The notes beneath the pieces were generated by a model. That model had not been told where the DNA came from and did no database searches. It saw only the letters and a list, made by a program, of their open reading frames with translations. Made by a program: the position numbers and the translations under genes. From Candidatus Eiseniibacteriota bacterium (GTDB lineage Bacteria; Eisenbacteria; RBG-16-71-46; CAIMUX01; VGJL01), in the NCBI GenBank assembly GCA_963792585.1, contig CAWBWI010000006.1, positions 672,001-736,000 on the forward strand: 64,000 bases of DNA, read 5' to 3'. Below, in pieces: positions 19,671-29,800 of the stretch (position 1 is the stretch's first letter; each line of letters opens with the position of its first letter).

Positions 19671-20216
19671 ATGTCCACGAACGAGGGCCAGATCGGATGT
19701 TCCGCGCGGGAATTCCAGCGACTCCGTCGCTTGGCGAACGACGCGCTCGCGCAGCTTCACGACGAGCAGTGGTTCGTCGAGCCGTACCCTGACGGCAATT
19801 CCGTGGCCATCATCGTCAAACACATGTCGGGCAACATGCTCTCGCGGTGGCGAGACTTCCTGACCACGGATGGGGAAAAGCCGGATCGTGATCGCGACAC
19901 GGAGTTCGTCATCTCATCCACGGACACACGCGCCTCGCTTCAGCTCCGTCTCCAACGAGGGTGGGAATGCCTCTTCCAGGCACTCGGGTCTCTTACCGAC
20001 GCCGACCTGGGTCGGACGGTGCGGATCCGGGGCGAGGAGCACACCGTGCTCCAGGCGATCCACCGCCAGCTCACCCACTATGCCTACCACATCGGCCAGA
20101 TCGTCTCCTGCGCCCGAGGGCTCGTCGGCCCGGAGTGGAAGACGCTGAGCATCGCGAAGAACCGCTCGCGAGAGTTCCGGGACGCCCCGAATCCGTATCT
20201 TGAAGGATCCGGTTAG
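19671..20216 (+). CDS. DUF1572 (DinB-like) protein
   Basis: NSVAIIVKHMSGNMLSRWRDFLTTDGEKPDRDRD.EF...HYAYHIGQ. Confidence 0.9.
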   Translation: MSTNEGQIGCSAREFQRLRRLANDALAQLHDEQWFVEPYPDGNSVAIIVKHMSGNMLSRWRDFLTTDGEKPDRDRDTEFVISSTDTRASLQLRLQRGWECLFQALGSLTDADLGRTVRIRGEEHTVLQAIHRQLTHYAYHIGQIVSCARGLVGPEWKTLSIAKNRSREFRDAPNPYLEGSG

Positions 20217-20393
20217 GGCGTAGCGGCCCAGCGGTCCCGAAGGGCTAGCCGGCGGCGCGTTCGGGCACCGTCGCTCGGGCTCGGTGCTCGTCGGGGTGCA
20301 TCGGCGCGGCGGCCTATTGTACTTCCGAAACGTCGACGTCGTGATGTCCCGTTTCGAGCCGGCCGCTGCCGACGGACCGCCCCACCCCTTCGG

Positions 20394-21875
20394 TCATCGC
20401 TGCTGGATTCGGCTCATGTCGATCACCGGTACGCACCTGGTCTTGTTCGGGACATGCTGGCAGCGGCCGATCGATCCCTTCACCTCGTAATGAACGTTTC
20501 GCGTGCCGGCGTCCGGGTACTTGCCCCGCTTCAGCAGGTGGAGGTCGAGCGTGAACCCGACCGGACGTTCCGCCTTCCAGAGCTGGTCATAGGTGAAGCT
20601 CTTGTATCCGAACGCGATCACGTCATCGTGATCCGCTACGTTGTCGAGCAGGTTCGTGACGCCTCCAGGAAACCAGTTCAGCGCGTCGTCCAGCTCCTCT
20701 CCCGTTGCGGCGTCCTTGGCCAGCGCCTTGAGCTTCGCCCTGATCTGATCGAGAATCGAGGAGTCCTCCGTCGCGACGTACCCGCACAGTTCGGCATCGT
20801 CTGCCTTCAGAAGATCCTTCATGGTCTGGCCGTTCTTCACGAGTCGGATGGCATCGGTCAGGGTTAGCGATTGGATGCAGCCATTCAGTTCGGCGCGCAG
20901 CCCGCCCATAAACGCATCGCGAGCGGCATTTGCCGCCTCCGTCGACGTCGCATCCTCCTCCATCGCCATCACGGCGACCCAGACCGTCGTCGCCTTGGTG
21001 AGCTGGCTATAGTCGACGCGAAAGCCGAACATGGCCTCCAGCAGAGGGTCATCGGCCATGGCGATGTTGATCGGGAGGATCTCGCTCTCGAAGCGGCCTA
21101 CATCCTCCGGAATGGAGATGTCGTCCCCGGAGCCGATAGAGCTGTTGTACTGGGGGATGTTCCCGTGCGTGTCGGCGCGTTGGGAAGTGGACACGCGCAC
21201 GCTCGAGTTCGCAAGATCGAGCACGTTCAGGGTGGTGCCATCCATGAAGAGCACCACCGGGACGATGTAGGGTTCCTCGTCGTCCTCCTCGTCGGCCTTC
21301 AGGATTCGGAAGGTCTGAAGCTCGACGAAGATGGGCATCGGGCGGGACAGCTCGGGATAGAGCCCCGCGGCCGTGAATCTGGTCGAGCTCTTGTCGCGCA
21401 TGTAGACGAGCTTTACCGTACCGGTCTGGACCGCCCCGGTCCCTTTCGGAAAGACCCGCACATAGTAGTCCAGCGAGCCGTCGGCGGGCGGCACGTCCGG
21501 AATCAGGCCCGCCAGGTTCAACTTGAAGTAACTCCATTTGGCTCCCGCACTGGCAAGAGGTGGGATGGAGCCATGGCTCACGACATTGTTCGTGGGAAAT
21601 GGATCCGTCGCGAGCTGCCAGGTCGCGCTGTCCGGCGAGAGTGGTGATCCCCAATGCAATTCGAGAGTCTCCGGCTCGTAGATCACCTTCTCGGCCCCCC
21701 ACCGCTCGAAGTCGCCGCTCAGCAGCTTGACCTCGAGTTGCGGCATGATGAACATGCGGCGGTTTGGAGTTCGGGACATCTGGTACTCAGCGGCCAATGC
21801 GTTCGCGCAAAAGGTGCACGCAAGAAAGAGGATCCCGCAGAAGGGCGACAGCGGGATTGGAAGCAGGCGCTTCAC
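20394..21875 (-). CDS. Hypothetical secreted protein
   Basis: Long GC3-biased ORF. A GTG start at 21875 gives a signal peptide ending ANALA; alternative start 21935. Confidence 0.7.
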   Translation of the reverse strand: MKRLLPIPLSPFCGILFLACTFCANALAAEYQMSRTPNRRMFIMPQLEVKLLSGDFERWGAEKVIYEPETLELHWGSPLSPDSATWQLATDPFPTNNVVSHGSIPPLASAGAKWSYFKLNLAGLIPDVPPADGSLDYYVRVFPKGTGAVQTGTVKLVYMRDKSSTRFTAAGLYPELSRPMPIFVELQTFRILKADEEDDEEPYIVPVVLFMDGTTLNVLDLANSSVRVSTSQRADTHGNIPQYNSSIGSGDDISIPEDVGRFESEILPINIAMADDPLLEAMFGFRVDYSQLTKATTVWVAVMAMEEDATSTEAANAARDAFMGGLRAELNGCIQSLTLTDAIRLVKNGQTMKDLLKADDAELCGYVATEDSSILDQIRAKLKALAKDAATGEELDDALNWFPGGVTNLLDNVADHDDVIAFGYKSFTYDQLWKAERPVGFTLDLHLLKRGKYPDAGTRNVHYEVKGSIGRCQHVPNKTRCVPVIDMSRIQQR

Positions 21876-22197
21876 TTCCTGGGCGGCCTCGGGACTGATT
21901 CGTTCGACCATCGGGACCCCCGAGATTTCGGCCATCCATCGGCTTCGGCGCGGCCCCTACTCGACTGATTGCAGTGATTAGACCAGCGGCGATGCCCCCT
22001 GGGAAGACGAAAGAACTCGCGGAGATGTTGGGGACCGACGTCCGGACGAAGCATCCCGTGGGCGATGCCATTCGAATGCCGGCTGGTTGAGACGGAAGAA
22101 GTCACTCGGGCCCGCTTGGGAACCGATTCACCTCTGCTTGGCGTCGCGGCCACATTGGAGAGGCCGGGGAATCTCGCCTCCCGGCCGCGACCATCGG

Positions 22198-24729
22198 CTA
22201 CCTGGCGACGACCACCTTCCGCGAAAGACTCGCGTCCCCCGCGCGCAGCACAGCGAAATACGCTCCCGGCGTCACCCCCTCGGTGCTCCAGATGGCGGAT
22301 CGGATGACGCCGTCGCCGCGCGCGACTCCGCCGAGATTCCGTACGAGGCGTCCCGCCACATCGTAGATCGCCAGTTCCACCTGTCCTTCGTGACGCGCAG
22401 CGAACCGAAGCAGGATGTCCCCCCGCGACGGATTCGGGGTCGGTGGATCCAGCATGAGATCCTGCGGCTCCCCACCGGCGTCGGCCACCCCCGCCGCGCC
22501 GGCGAGGCCCACCTCCCACGCGCCACGCCCGTACGTGCCGGCGACCAGCTTGCGTGCGCCGTATCGGATCTCGAGGTCGGAGACGACCACGTTCGGAAGT
22601 GCGTCCGCGAATGGGAGCCACGTTGAGCCGCCGTTCGTGCTCTTCCACACGGCCACATCCGTACCGATGTACCAGTCGCTGGGCAATTGAGGATCGACAA
22701 CCATGCAGTTCACGGGCTGCGCCGGGAGATCGCCGGTCACGTTCGACCAGGTTGCGCCCAGGTCGGTGGTCATCGCGACGTGCGCGCCGGAGTCGTAACC
22801 TCCGAACGTGACGAATGCGGCGTTCGCGTCGGCGGGGTGCGCCAGGATCTTCGTGGCGGGCCCGCCCGTGGAGAAGCCGTAGGAGGCGGCTGTTCCCCAG
22901 ATCGCGCCACCGTTCGTCGTGCGGCGGGCCGTGCCCTCGACCGTCCAGACGATGTTCCCATCCACCGGACTGATGGAGATCCATATGGCGGAGTGCGTGG
23001 ACATTCGACTCCACGACGACCCGCCGTTCGTGGTGCGATAGATTCCACCGGTCGTCTCGGTGAAAAGGCGACTCGAGTTGGACGGATCGAGATCGGTGGC
23101 CGCCAGCCAGTCGCCCGAGTTCGCGCCGAGACCGGTCTGGATGTCGAACCACGAGCCGCCGCCGTCGGTGCTCTTCACGTGGTTCCCGAATTGCCACGCG
23201 GAGTAGACGATACTCGCGTTCGCGGGATCCACGTTGGTCACGAAGCCGTCCGCGAAGAGATTGGACGTGAACCATGTATCCACCGTGACGCGTCCCGGCA
23301 CGCCGTTGTCCTGTGCGCCGCCCAGGATGGCCGCCGGATCCGACTGCGCCACGCCGATGTCGTAGAACTGGTATGTGTTGAGACCCTCGCGTCGAGAGAT
23401 CCACGTGGCGCCGTCGTCCGTGGAGCGCCAGACCCCGCCGTCCGTTCCTGCCCAGAGGTCCGAGTCGGATCCCGGCTCGTATTCCATCACGTGGTGGTCC
23501 CAATGGAGCGCGCTTTCCGTGCCCAGACCGTAACCGTCGCCAACCTCGGCGAACGAGATGCCTCCGTCCGACGAGCCCCAGTTCTCCACCCCGCCCATGA
23601 GCACACGATCGGGGTTGTTCGGATCCACCACGATGGTGAGGTTGTACCAGCCCTGGCCGCGGGCGGCGTTCAGCGTGGTGTTCCGGGCGGTCCACGTAGC
23701 GCCGTCGTTCGTACTGCGATAGACGCCCAGGGTGCTGTAGTCCGAAGCGCTGGAGAGGTGCGCGAACAGAGTCGAAGGCGTGCCCCGGCACACCGAGAGC
23801 TTGGCCTTCCCGATTGTGGACGAGGACGGGAGACCCGCCATGGACGAGGTCCACGTCACGCCGTCATCCGTGGAGATCTGCAACGTGTTGCCACCGAACG
23901 TGTCGCCCCCGCCGATCGTGTAGGCCCGGTTCGTGCCTGTCTTCCACTCCGCGTCCCAGTAGTCGCCCGAAGATCGCACCCGCGTCCACGTGGCGCCGTC
24001 ATCGCTCGAGCGCCACATCCCGCCGCGGTCGCCCGCCAGCATCGTGCCGGTCAGCGGGTTGACCTCGATGAAATGGAAGCCGTTGGGAGCGCTGACGTCG
24101 TATGACACATTCGTGGGATTCCAGGTGTCGCCGCGATCGGTGGATCGCAAGATCCCGACACCGAACTGGGCTTCGAAGTTCAGCGTTCCCTCGCCGGTTC
24201 CGATCACCACGATGTTGGGGTCGCTCACGCTCACGCCGATGCCGCCGATGGCGATCGACGGAATCTCATCCGCCTGCGGGGTCCAGGTGTCGCCGCCATC
24301 TGTGGTCCTCCAGAGCCCGCCACTCGCAGCCCCCACGTAGACCGTGGTGGGATCGGTTGGATGAACCGCGAGCGCGAGGATGCGACCGGACATGTTCGTC
24401 GGCCCGATCTCGAACCAGGTCGCGGCGTCGGGACGACGGCCCGCACGCTCCTTCTTCACTTTCCAGGCATCCCAGCGGGCCTTGGGGCCTACGGCGCGAC
24501 CGTCTTCCATCCGGCTCTCGAGGAACCACTTGGCCCGGTTGTATGGATTCCAGCCGGTGCTGCGCTGCGTCTTCAACTCGGGGTGCGCTTCGAGGTATCG
24601 CCCCATCCTCTCGAGATCCGTGAGGGATCGATCCGAAGCGGGTGGGGACGCGGCCGCCGCCATTCCCGCAGAAAACACCAACGCACCGAGGAGCGCGACC
24701 GCACGGGCGGTCAACGTGGCACAGGGCAT
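22198..24729 (-). CDS. Secreted BNR/Asp-box (VPS10/GH74-like) beta-propeller protein with C-terminal FlgD-Ig/T9SS-like domain
   Basis: Many S/T-x-D-G-G-x-T-W Asp boxes; C-terminal PNPS...IYDVAGRLVR...GAYFAVL...SRKVVVAR; GGAGG RBS before ATG 24729. Confidence 0.85.
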   Translation of the reverse strand: MPCATLTARAVALLGALVFSAGMAAAASPPASDRSLTDLERMGRYLEAHPELKTQRSTGWNPYNRAKWFLESRMEDGRAVGPKARWDAWKVKKERAGRRPDAATWFEIGPTNMSGRILALAVHPTDPTTVYVGAASGGLWRTTDGGDTWTPQADEIPSIAIGGIGVSVSDPNIVVIGTGEGTLNFEAQFGVGILRSTDRGDTWNPTNVSYDVSAPNGFHFIEVNPLTGTMLAGDRGGMWRSSDDGATWTRVRSSGDYWDAEWKTGTNRAYTIGGGDTFGGNTLQISTDDGVTWTSSMAGLPSSSTIGKAKLSVCRGTPSTLFAHLSSASDYSTLGVYRSTNDGATWTARNTTLNAARGQGWYNLTIVVDPNNPDRVLMGGVENWGSSDGGISFAEVGDGYGLGTESALHWDHHVMEYEPGSDSDLWAGTDGGVWRSTDDGATWISRREGLNTYQFYDIGVAQSDPAAILGGAQDNGVPGRVTVDTWFTSNLFADGFVTNVDPANASIVYSAWQFGNHVKSTDGGGSWFDIQTGLGANSGDWLAATDLDPSNSSRLFTETTGGIYRTTNGGSSWSRMSTHSAIWISISPVDGNIVWTVEGTARRTTNGGAIWGTAASYGFSTGGPATKILAHPADANAAFVTFGGYDSGAHVAMTTDLGATWSNVTGDLPAQPVNCMVVDPQLPSDWYIGTDVAVWKSTNGGSTWLPFADALPNVVVSDLEIRYGARKLVAGTYGRGAWEVGLAGAAGVADAGGEPQDLMLDPPTPNPSRGDILLRFAARHEGQVELAIYDVAGRLVRNLGGVARGDGVIRSAIWSTEGVTPGAYFAVLRAGDASLSRKVVVAR

Positions 24730-24950
24730 CGGGACCTCCATTGCCCCAGGGGGCATGCGGGGGCGTGACGATTGAAAGCATCGACAATTGTAACATGTTG
24801 CGGCGCGGCCCGCCAGCGCTGCACTCCGAGCACTCCGAGGGGAGCGACCTTGCGCTAGACTGGGACGGAGCAGGTCGAAGCGTTGATTGATGGAGCGGGA
24901 GCTGTTGACGCGATTGCGATCACACAGGTCCGACCCGGGAGGCACGATCC

Positions 24951-25181
24951 ATGATCTACCCGTACGACAATGCCACGCAGACCCGCTGGGACAGGGGCGA
25001 GTTCAAGGTCCAGCTCAATCTACCGAACAGCTCGCGGCCCATGGGATTCTGTGACGGAACTCCTGAGGACATCGCCGAGCTGATCTCCATTGCCGAGGCC
25101 GAAGGTGCAGAGGACGTGACAATCCACAAGAAGCACCTCAAGAGCGGGCGCGAGATCTGGACCCTGGGTGGACCGGGCTGA
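24951..25181 (+). CDS. Small hypothetical protein
   Basis: GGAGG RBS, strong GC3 bias, 76 aa. Confidence 0.7.
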   Translation: MIYPYDNATQTRWDRGEFKVQLNLPNSSRPMGFCDGTPEDIAELISIAEAEGAEDVTIHKKHLKSGREIWTLGGPG

Positions 25182-25319
25182 GTGATGCGCGCTGGTTGCA
25201 GTCAATCTCATCTTGACCCGTGCCGACCGAGGCGTGAGCAATCCCGCGTCAAGGCCCCACGGGTCACCGCAAGGACGGATGTTGCTTGAAAGCAACGTTT
25301 GCAGAATACTGACTGACCG

Positions 25320-26897
25320 ATGCCCCACGAGGAGACGATACCCGATTCCCCGACCTCCGAGGCAGGCGCGCCCCGACTCCATTCTCAGGCGGGTCGGAGA
25401 AGCAAGCCGGCCTCGCGGGAGACGGTCGATCTTCCTCGATCGAGTCCCCTCGCTTCGGACCGACCGCATCCACCCAGGCGAGTTCCCGCGCTTATCGTAC
25501 TTTGGAGTGAACTCGAGCAAGATCGATCGGGCGAAGTCCTGCTGCTCCGAACCGCGCAGGCATCACTGGGGCGCATCGATCCCGACGACGCGGTCGTGGA
25601 AAGACCTCTCGTTCCGCTGCGGCAGCGGCCGGGCCGCAACGAAGATCGGCCTCCTCTCGCCCTGCCACAGCATGTGTCTCGGCGGCAGCTGGACTTGCTA
25701 GCCGTCGCGGGCTCGGGCCTACGCATCGTCCGCACGGGTCGCGCGAGCGTGGTACTCAATGGCTCCCGGGATCTCGGTCCAGGGGATCAGGCGGATCTTG
25801 CCCCCGGCGAGACCATTCTGATTGGGGAATCGCTTCTCCTGCTCGTCTCGCGTCGCCGAGTGGTTCTCGACCCCCTTCGTTTCCTTGCGCCGGAGCCGGT
25901 CCTCGACTTCGGCCAAGCGGACGTCGATGGAATCGTGGGCGAGAGCCCGGTGGTCTGGAAACTGCGAGATCAAATCGCCTTCGCCGCGCAGATGAGTCAG
26001 CACGTGGTGATCTTCGGACCTACGGGAAGCGGAAAGGAACTCACGGCTCGTGGAGTCCATCGCCAGTCGGCCAGGGGCGATCGACCTCTGATATCGCATA
26101 GCGCCGCCGATATTCCGCCAAGCCTCCTCGAGGCGGAGCTGTTTGGAAATCGCCCGGACTACCCGAACCCGAGGACCCCGGGCCGAGAAGGTCTCATCGG
26201 AACGGCCCACCGCTCATCGCTCTTCTTGGATGAAATCGCTCTGCTGCCGCTCGAACTACAGGGCAAGCTGCTGCGCGTACTGGACGACGGGGGCGTGTAT
26301 CGGAAACTCGGATTCGATCAACAGATGCAGTCGGATTTCCGACTCATCGCGGCGACCAATCGCTCCCCCGAAGCGCTGAGGGACGATCTCCTTGCCCGCC
26401 TCAAGATCCATCTTCAGCTACCGGCGCTCTCGGAACGCCCCGAGGACATCCCACTCCTCATTCACCATCTAATCAAGGGGATGAAACGATCCGCCAGCGA
26501 GAGAGAGCTGATGCGGCGGTTTGTGGAGGTCGGACAGGACGGCGCGCTGCGCATCCTCATCGACCCCTATCTGCTCAATCGATGGGCTCGTCAGGAACAC
26601 CCGCTCAACCTGCGCGGGCTGGAATCGGAGTTGCTGCGGGCGGTGGCGGGCAGTCACGGGGACCGGATCGAAGCCCCATTGCACCCGAAGGACTCCACTC
26701 AATCACCAACGCGGGTGGAGCCCTCAGGCTACCCAACACCGCGCGGCCCAATGCAGGATCTGAGTCGAGAACAACTCCTGGATCTCATGCAGCAGGCCGG
26801 CTGGAACGTGAGCCAGGCTGCGCGGAGCTTGGGTTGCAGTCGTTTTCAGCTTCATCGTCAGATCCGCAAGCACGGACTGAAGCCGCCAGCTCACTGA
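25320..26897 (+). CDS. FHA-like + sigma54-activator-type AAA+ + Fis HTH regulator with non-canonical GAFTGA loop
   Basis: GPTGSGKE Walker A, FLDEI Walker B, IAATNR, NVSQAARSLG HTH; N-terminal GR...VSRRQ FHA-like segment. Confidence 0.85.
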   Translation: MPHEETIPDSPTSEAGAPRLHSQAGRRSKPASRETVDLPRSSPLASDRPHPPRRVPALIVLWSELEQDRSGEVLLLRTAQASLGRIDPDDAVVERPLVPLRQRPGRNEDRPPLALPQHVSRRQLDLLAVAGSGLRIVRTGRASVVLNGSRDLGPGDQADLAPGETILIGESLLLLVSRRRVVLDPLRFLAPEPVLDFGQADVDGIVGESPVVWKLRDQIAFAAQMSQHVVIFGPTGSGKELTARGVHRQSARGDRPLISHSAADIPPSLLEAELFGNRPDYPNPRTPGREGLIGTAHRSSLFLDEIALLPLELQGKLLRVLDDGGVYRKLGFDQQMQSDFRLIAATNRSPEALRDDLLARLKIHLQLPALSERPEDIPLLIHHLIKGMKRSASERELMRRFVEVGQDGALRILIDPYLLNRWARQEHPLNLRGLESELLRAVAGSHGDRIEAPLHPKDSTQSPTRVEPSGYPTPRGPMQDLSREQLLDLMQQAGWNVSQAARSLGCSRFQLHRQIRKHGLKPPAH

Positions 26898-29800
26898 TTC
26901 TCGAGGAGCCGCCGCGCGGCGTCCGAGACTCTACGGTGCCCCCGAAGGGACGCCTCCTCGGCCAGCGACTCGATGATTGCTCGACCCGACTCGCGCCCGC
27001 CCTCCGCCAGGATCACTTCTCCAAGAAGGAGCCGAGCTTCGAACTCGAGCACTACGAATCCGGTTTCCGTCGCCTTCGAAAGCACGCTCTCCACGGTCCG
27101 GCGCGCCTCCGCCTTGCGACCAAGGGCGAGTTGCACGCGGGTTGCGTTCAATCCCACCTGAATGTCGGAGAGCCGCTGCCGATTGGCCTGCCGCGCAAGG
27201 ATCTCTCTCGCACGCGCGATCTCGGATTCCGCCTCCCCCGCGCGATCCAGGGCCAGCAGAATTCGCGACCGAAACGCTCGAGAGAGAGCCTCGGGCTCGG
27301 TCTCGCCCAGATCTAGATTCCACCGGATTGCCGTCGCGATGAGATCCTCGGATCGGGATAACTCCCCGCGTTCGAAAGCGATGTGCGCGGCGGCGAGGTA
27401 GCTTTCCCCGAGGTTCCAGGTCTCGTTGTTGGCCTCGAAGAGCGAAATCGATTCCTCGATCTGCTGCCGAGCTTCATCAAGGGCACCCTCGGTGACACTC
27501 AGGTCCGCGAACACCTGCAAAAGAAGGGCGCGCGTCCGCGTCGCATCCATCTTCCCCGCCAAAGTCAGCCCCTCGGTCAGGGCGTCTCGGGCAGGAACCA
27601 GACCCCCCACCATCAGCTGTGCCCAGGCAAGGGAGGTGAGATGAACCGCCAGGTGCTGCAGGTTTCCACCGGCTCGCGACAACCGGACGGCCTCGGCGTA
27701 ACCGTGGACCGCCGCAGCGAGGTTGCCCTGCAGAACTTCAAACTGTGCGATGCTGGAGTGGACGACGCTCGCGACGTTCTGGTTCTCGATGCGCGGCAGC
27801 AAGGATTGCGCCTCTTCCATCGAACCCCTGGCTTGGGAGAGATCTCCTGCCTTGCTCAAGACAATCACGCGGTTGGACAGCAGACGGGCGAGCATCTCGA
27901 AGTTGTCGACGCTGCGGGCCAGCGCGATTCCCTCGTCCAGTGCCCGGTGAAGCCGGGCCGAGTCGCCCGAGCCTCGATACGCGGCCATGAGCGTGTTCAG
28001 GGAATGGGCCTGGCCGCGGCGATCCCCCACCGTGCGTTGGATCCCGAGGGCCTCCTGAACGAGAGAGACGGCGGTCTCGAAATCCCGGCGCCCGAGGGCC
28101 AGTACAGAGAGGTTGGCCAACAGGCCAGCCTCGGTTCGCCTGCAGCCGATCTGCCGCGCGATCTCAAGCCCGGCCTCGAAGAGGTTTTGTGCTTGTTCAA
28201 TCTCTCCCTGCTCTCGCAGAACCACGCCGAGGCGTTGCAGACATCGGGCCTCTCCGCCCGCGTTCTTCAGGGTCCGGAAGGACGTCAACGCCTCCCCGAA
28301 CTTGTTGACGGCATCGTTGGGCCGACCCAGACGATGCAGGGCACTCCCCTCGATCTCGGCCGCGCGCGCCAGGAGCGAAGGCGACCCGAGATGGGAGGCC
28401 GTTTTCGCCGCCCGAGCGGCGATCTCCATGGCTCCGGAGTGGTCTCCCAAGAGACTGCACGCTTCAGCCTCCCATGCGTCGATGCGGGGGTCGTCCCCAC
28501 GCGGCACAGGGAGCGCACGCAGTGCCGCAGCGGTCACGCGGGCCTGCACAGCAAGCCCCGCCTCGATCTGGGCACGAAGGAGTCTCAACCCGTGCTCCAG
28601 GTCCTCAGGGTGGAAGACCCAGAGACTTCGGTAAATGTCGATCGCGCGTGGCGAATCATGGGCGAGTTGACGGAAGCGGGCCTCCACCAGCAGGCGTTCC
28701 TCGCGTTCGAGTCTGCCCGAAAGCTGGAACGCGCGCTGAGCCGTTCGGACCGCTTCCTGCTCGTAGCCCAGCTCCTGCGCGGCCTCTGCCCAGCCCAGAT
28801 ACGCGAGCGGAAAGCCGGGGTCCTGTTCGATCACCTGCTCGAAGGCCTCCCGCGCCTCTCCTGCATTGCCGAAGCGCAGGTGGGCGGTGGCATGGGCAAA
28901 GTTCAATGCGGCCTCTGGAATGATCGGGTAGGCGGCGCGCATATGACCCAATGCTCCGGGCGACTCGGGATCGAGACCCAAAGCTCCCCGCAAGCCGAGG
29001 GATGCTCGCTCCACGAGATCGACCAGCGACTTTGAGTTACCGACCTCGGCCACTCCGGCGGTTGTCCGGCCGGTGGCCGCGGCCTCGACTCGAAGCTGCC
29101 AAAGGAACTCATCCGGATCTCCGGCGGGCGCGTTGCGGACCTCGCCGGCCAGAAAGAGTCCGACGCCGAACTGCTCGCCAAGCCGTTGCCGGAGCTTCTC
29201 CGGGACCGAGCCTGCCGGTAGATGGCCCAGGTCCCGTGCGATCTCCGCGACGATTTCAGGTCCTACGATGGACAGCTCATCGCCGACCGCCAGGCGACGG
29301 GCGAGCAGATCCCCGAGTGCGGTGGAAAGCCAGGCGTGTCTCGGCACGCCGGTCTGATCCGCAAATGGGAGGACCGCCGCGGTTCGCGTCCGTGCGATGG
29401 ACTCGGTACCCGTGATCGCCTCGATGACCTCGCGGCTGGAGGAGAATCGAAGCCCAGGCTCCTTCTCGAGGCACCGCAGGATCGCCGCCTCCCACCGAGG
29501 ATTCAACTCGGGCACTATCGTTCGCGGCGATGGCGCCGGTTCGACAAGTCGCCGCTGGGCAATCTCCAGAGGAGGCCCATCGATCCAGGGAAGTCTTCCG
29601 GTCACCATCTCGAACAACACGAGACCGAAGGAATAGAGATCGGTCTCGGGCGTGATCGGTCCACCGCGCACTTGCTCCGGAGCCATGTACGCAGGGGTTC
29701 CTTGGTAGCGCGCGTGTGCGGCGTGGCGGGTCGACGGGTCGGCATTGTCCTCGCTCGATTCCGCTTCCAGGTCTGTCTCCTGCGTCGGGAGTCCCTTGTC

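Noticed and set aside
24821..24839. Tandem 9-mer GCACTCCGA x2
   Set aside because: Only two copies, with no other support for function.
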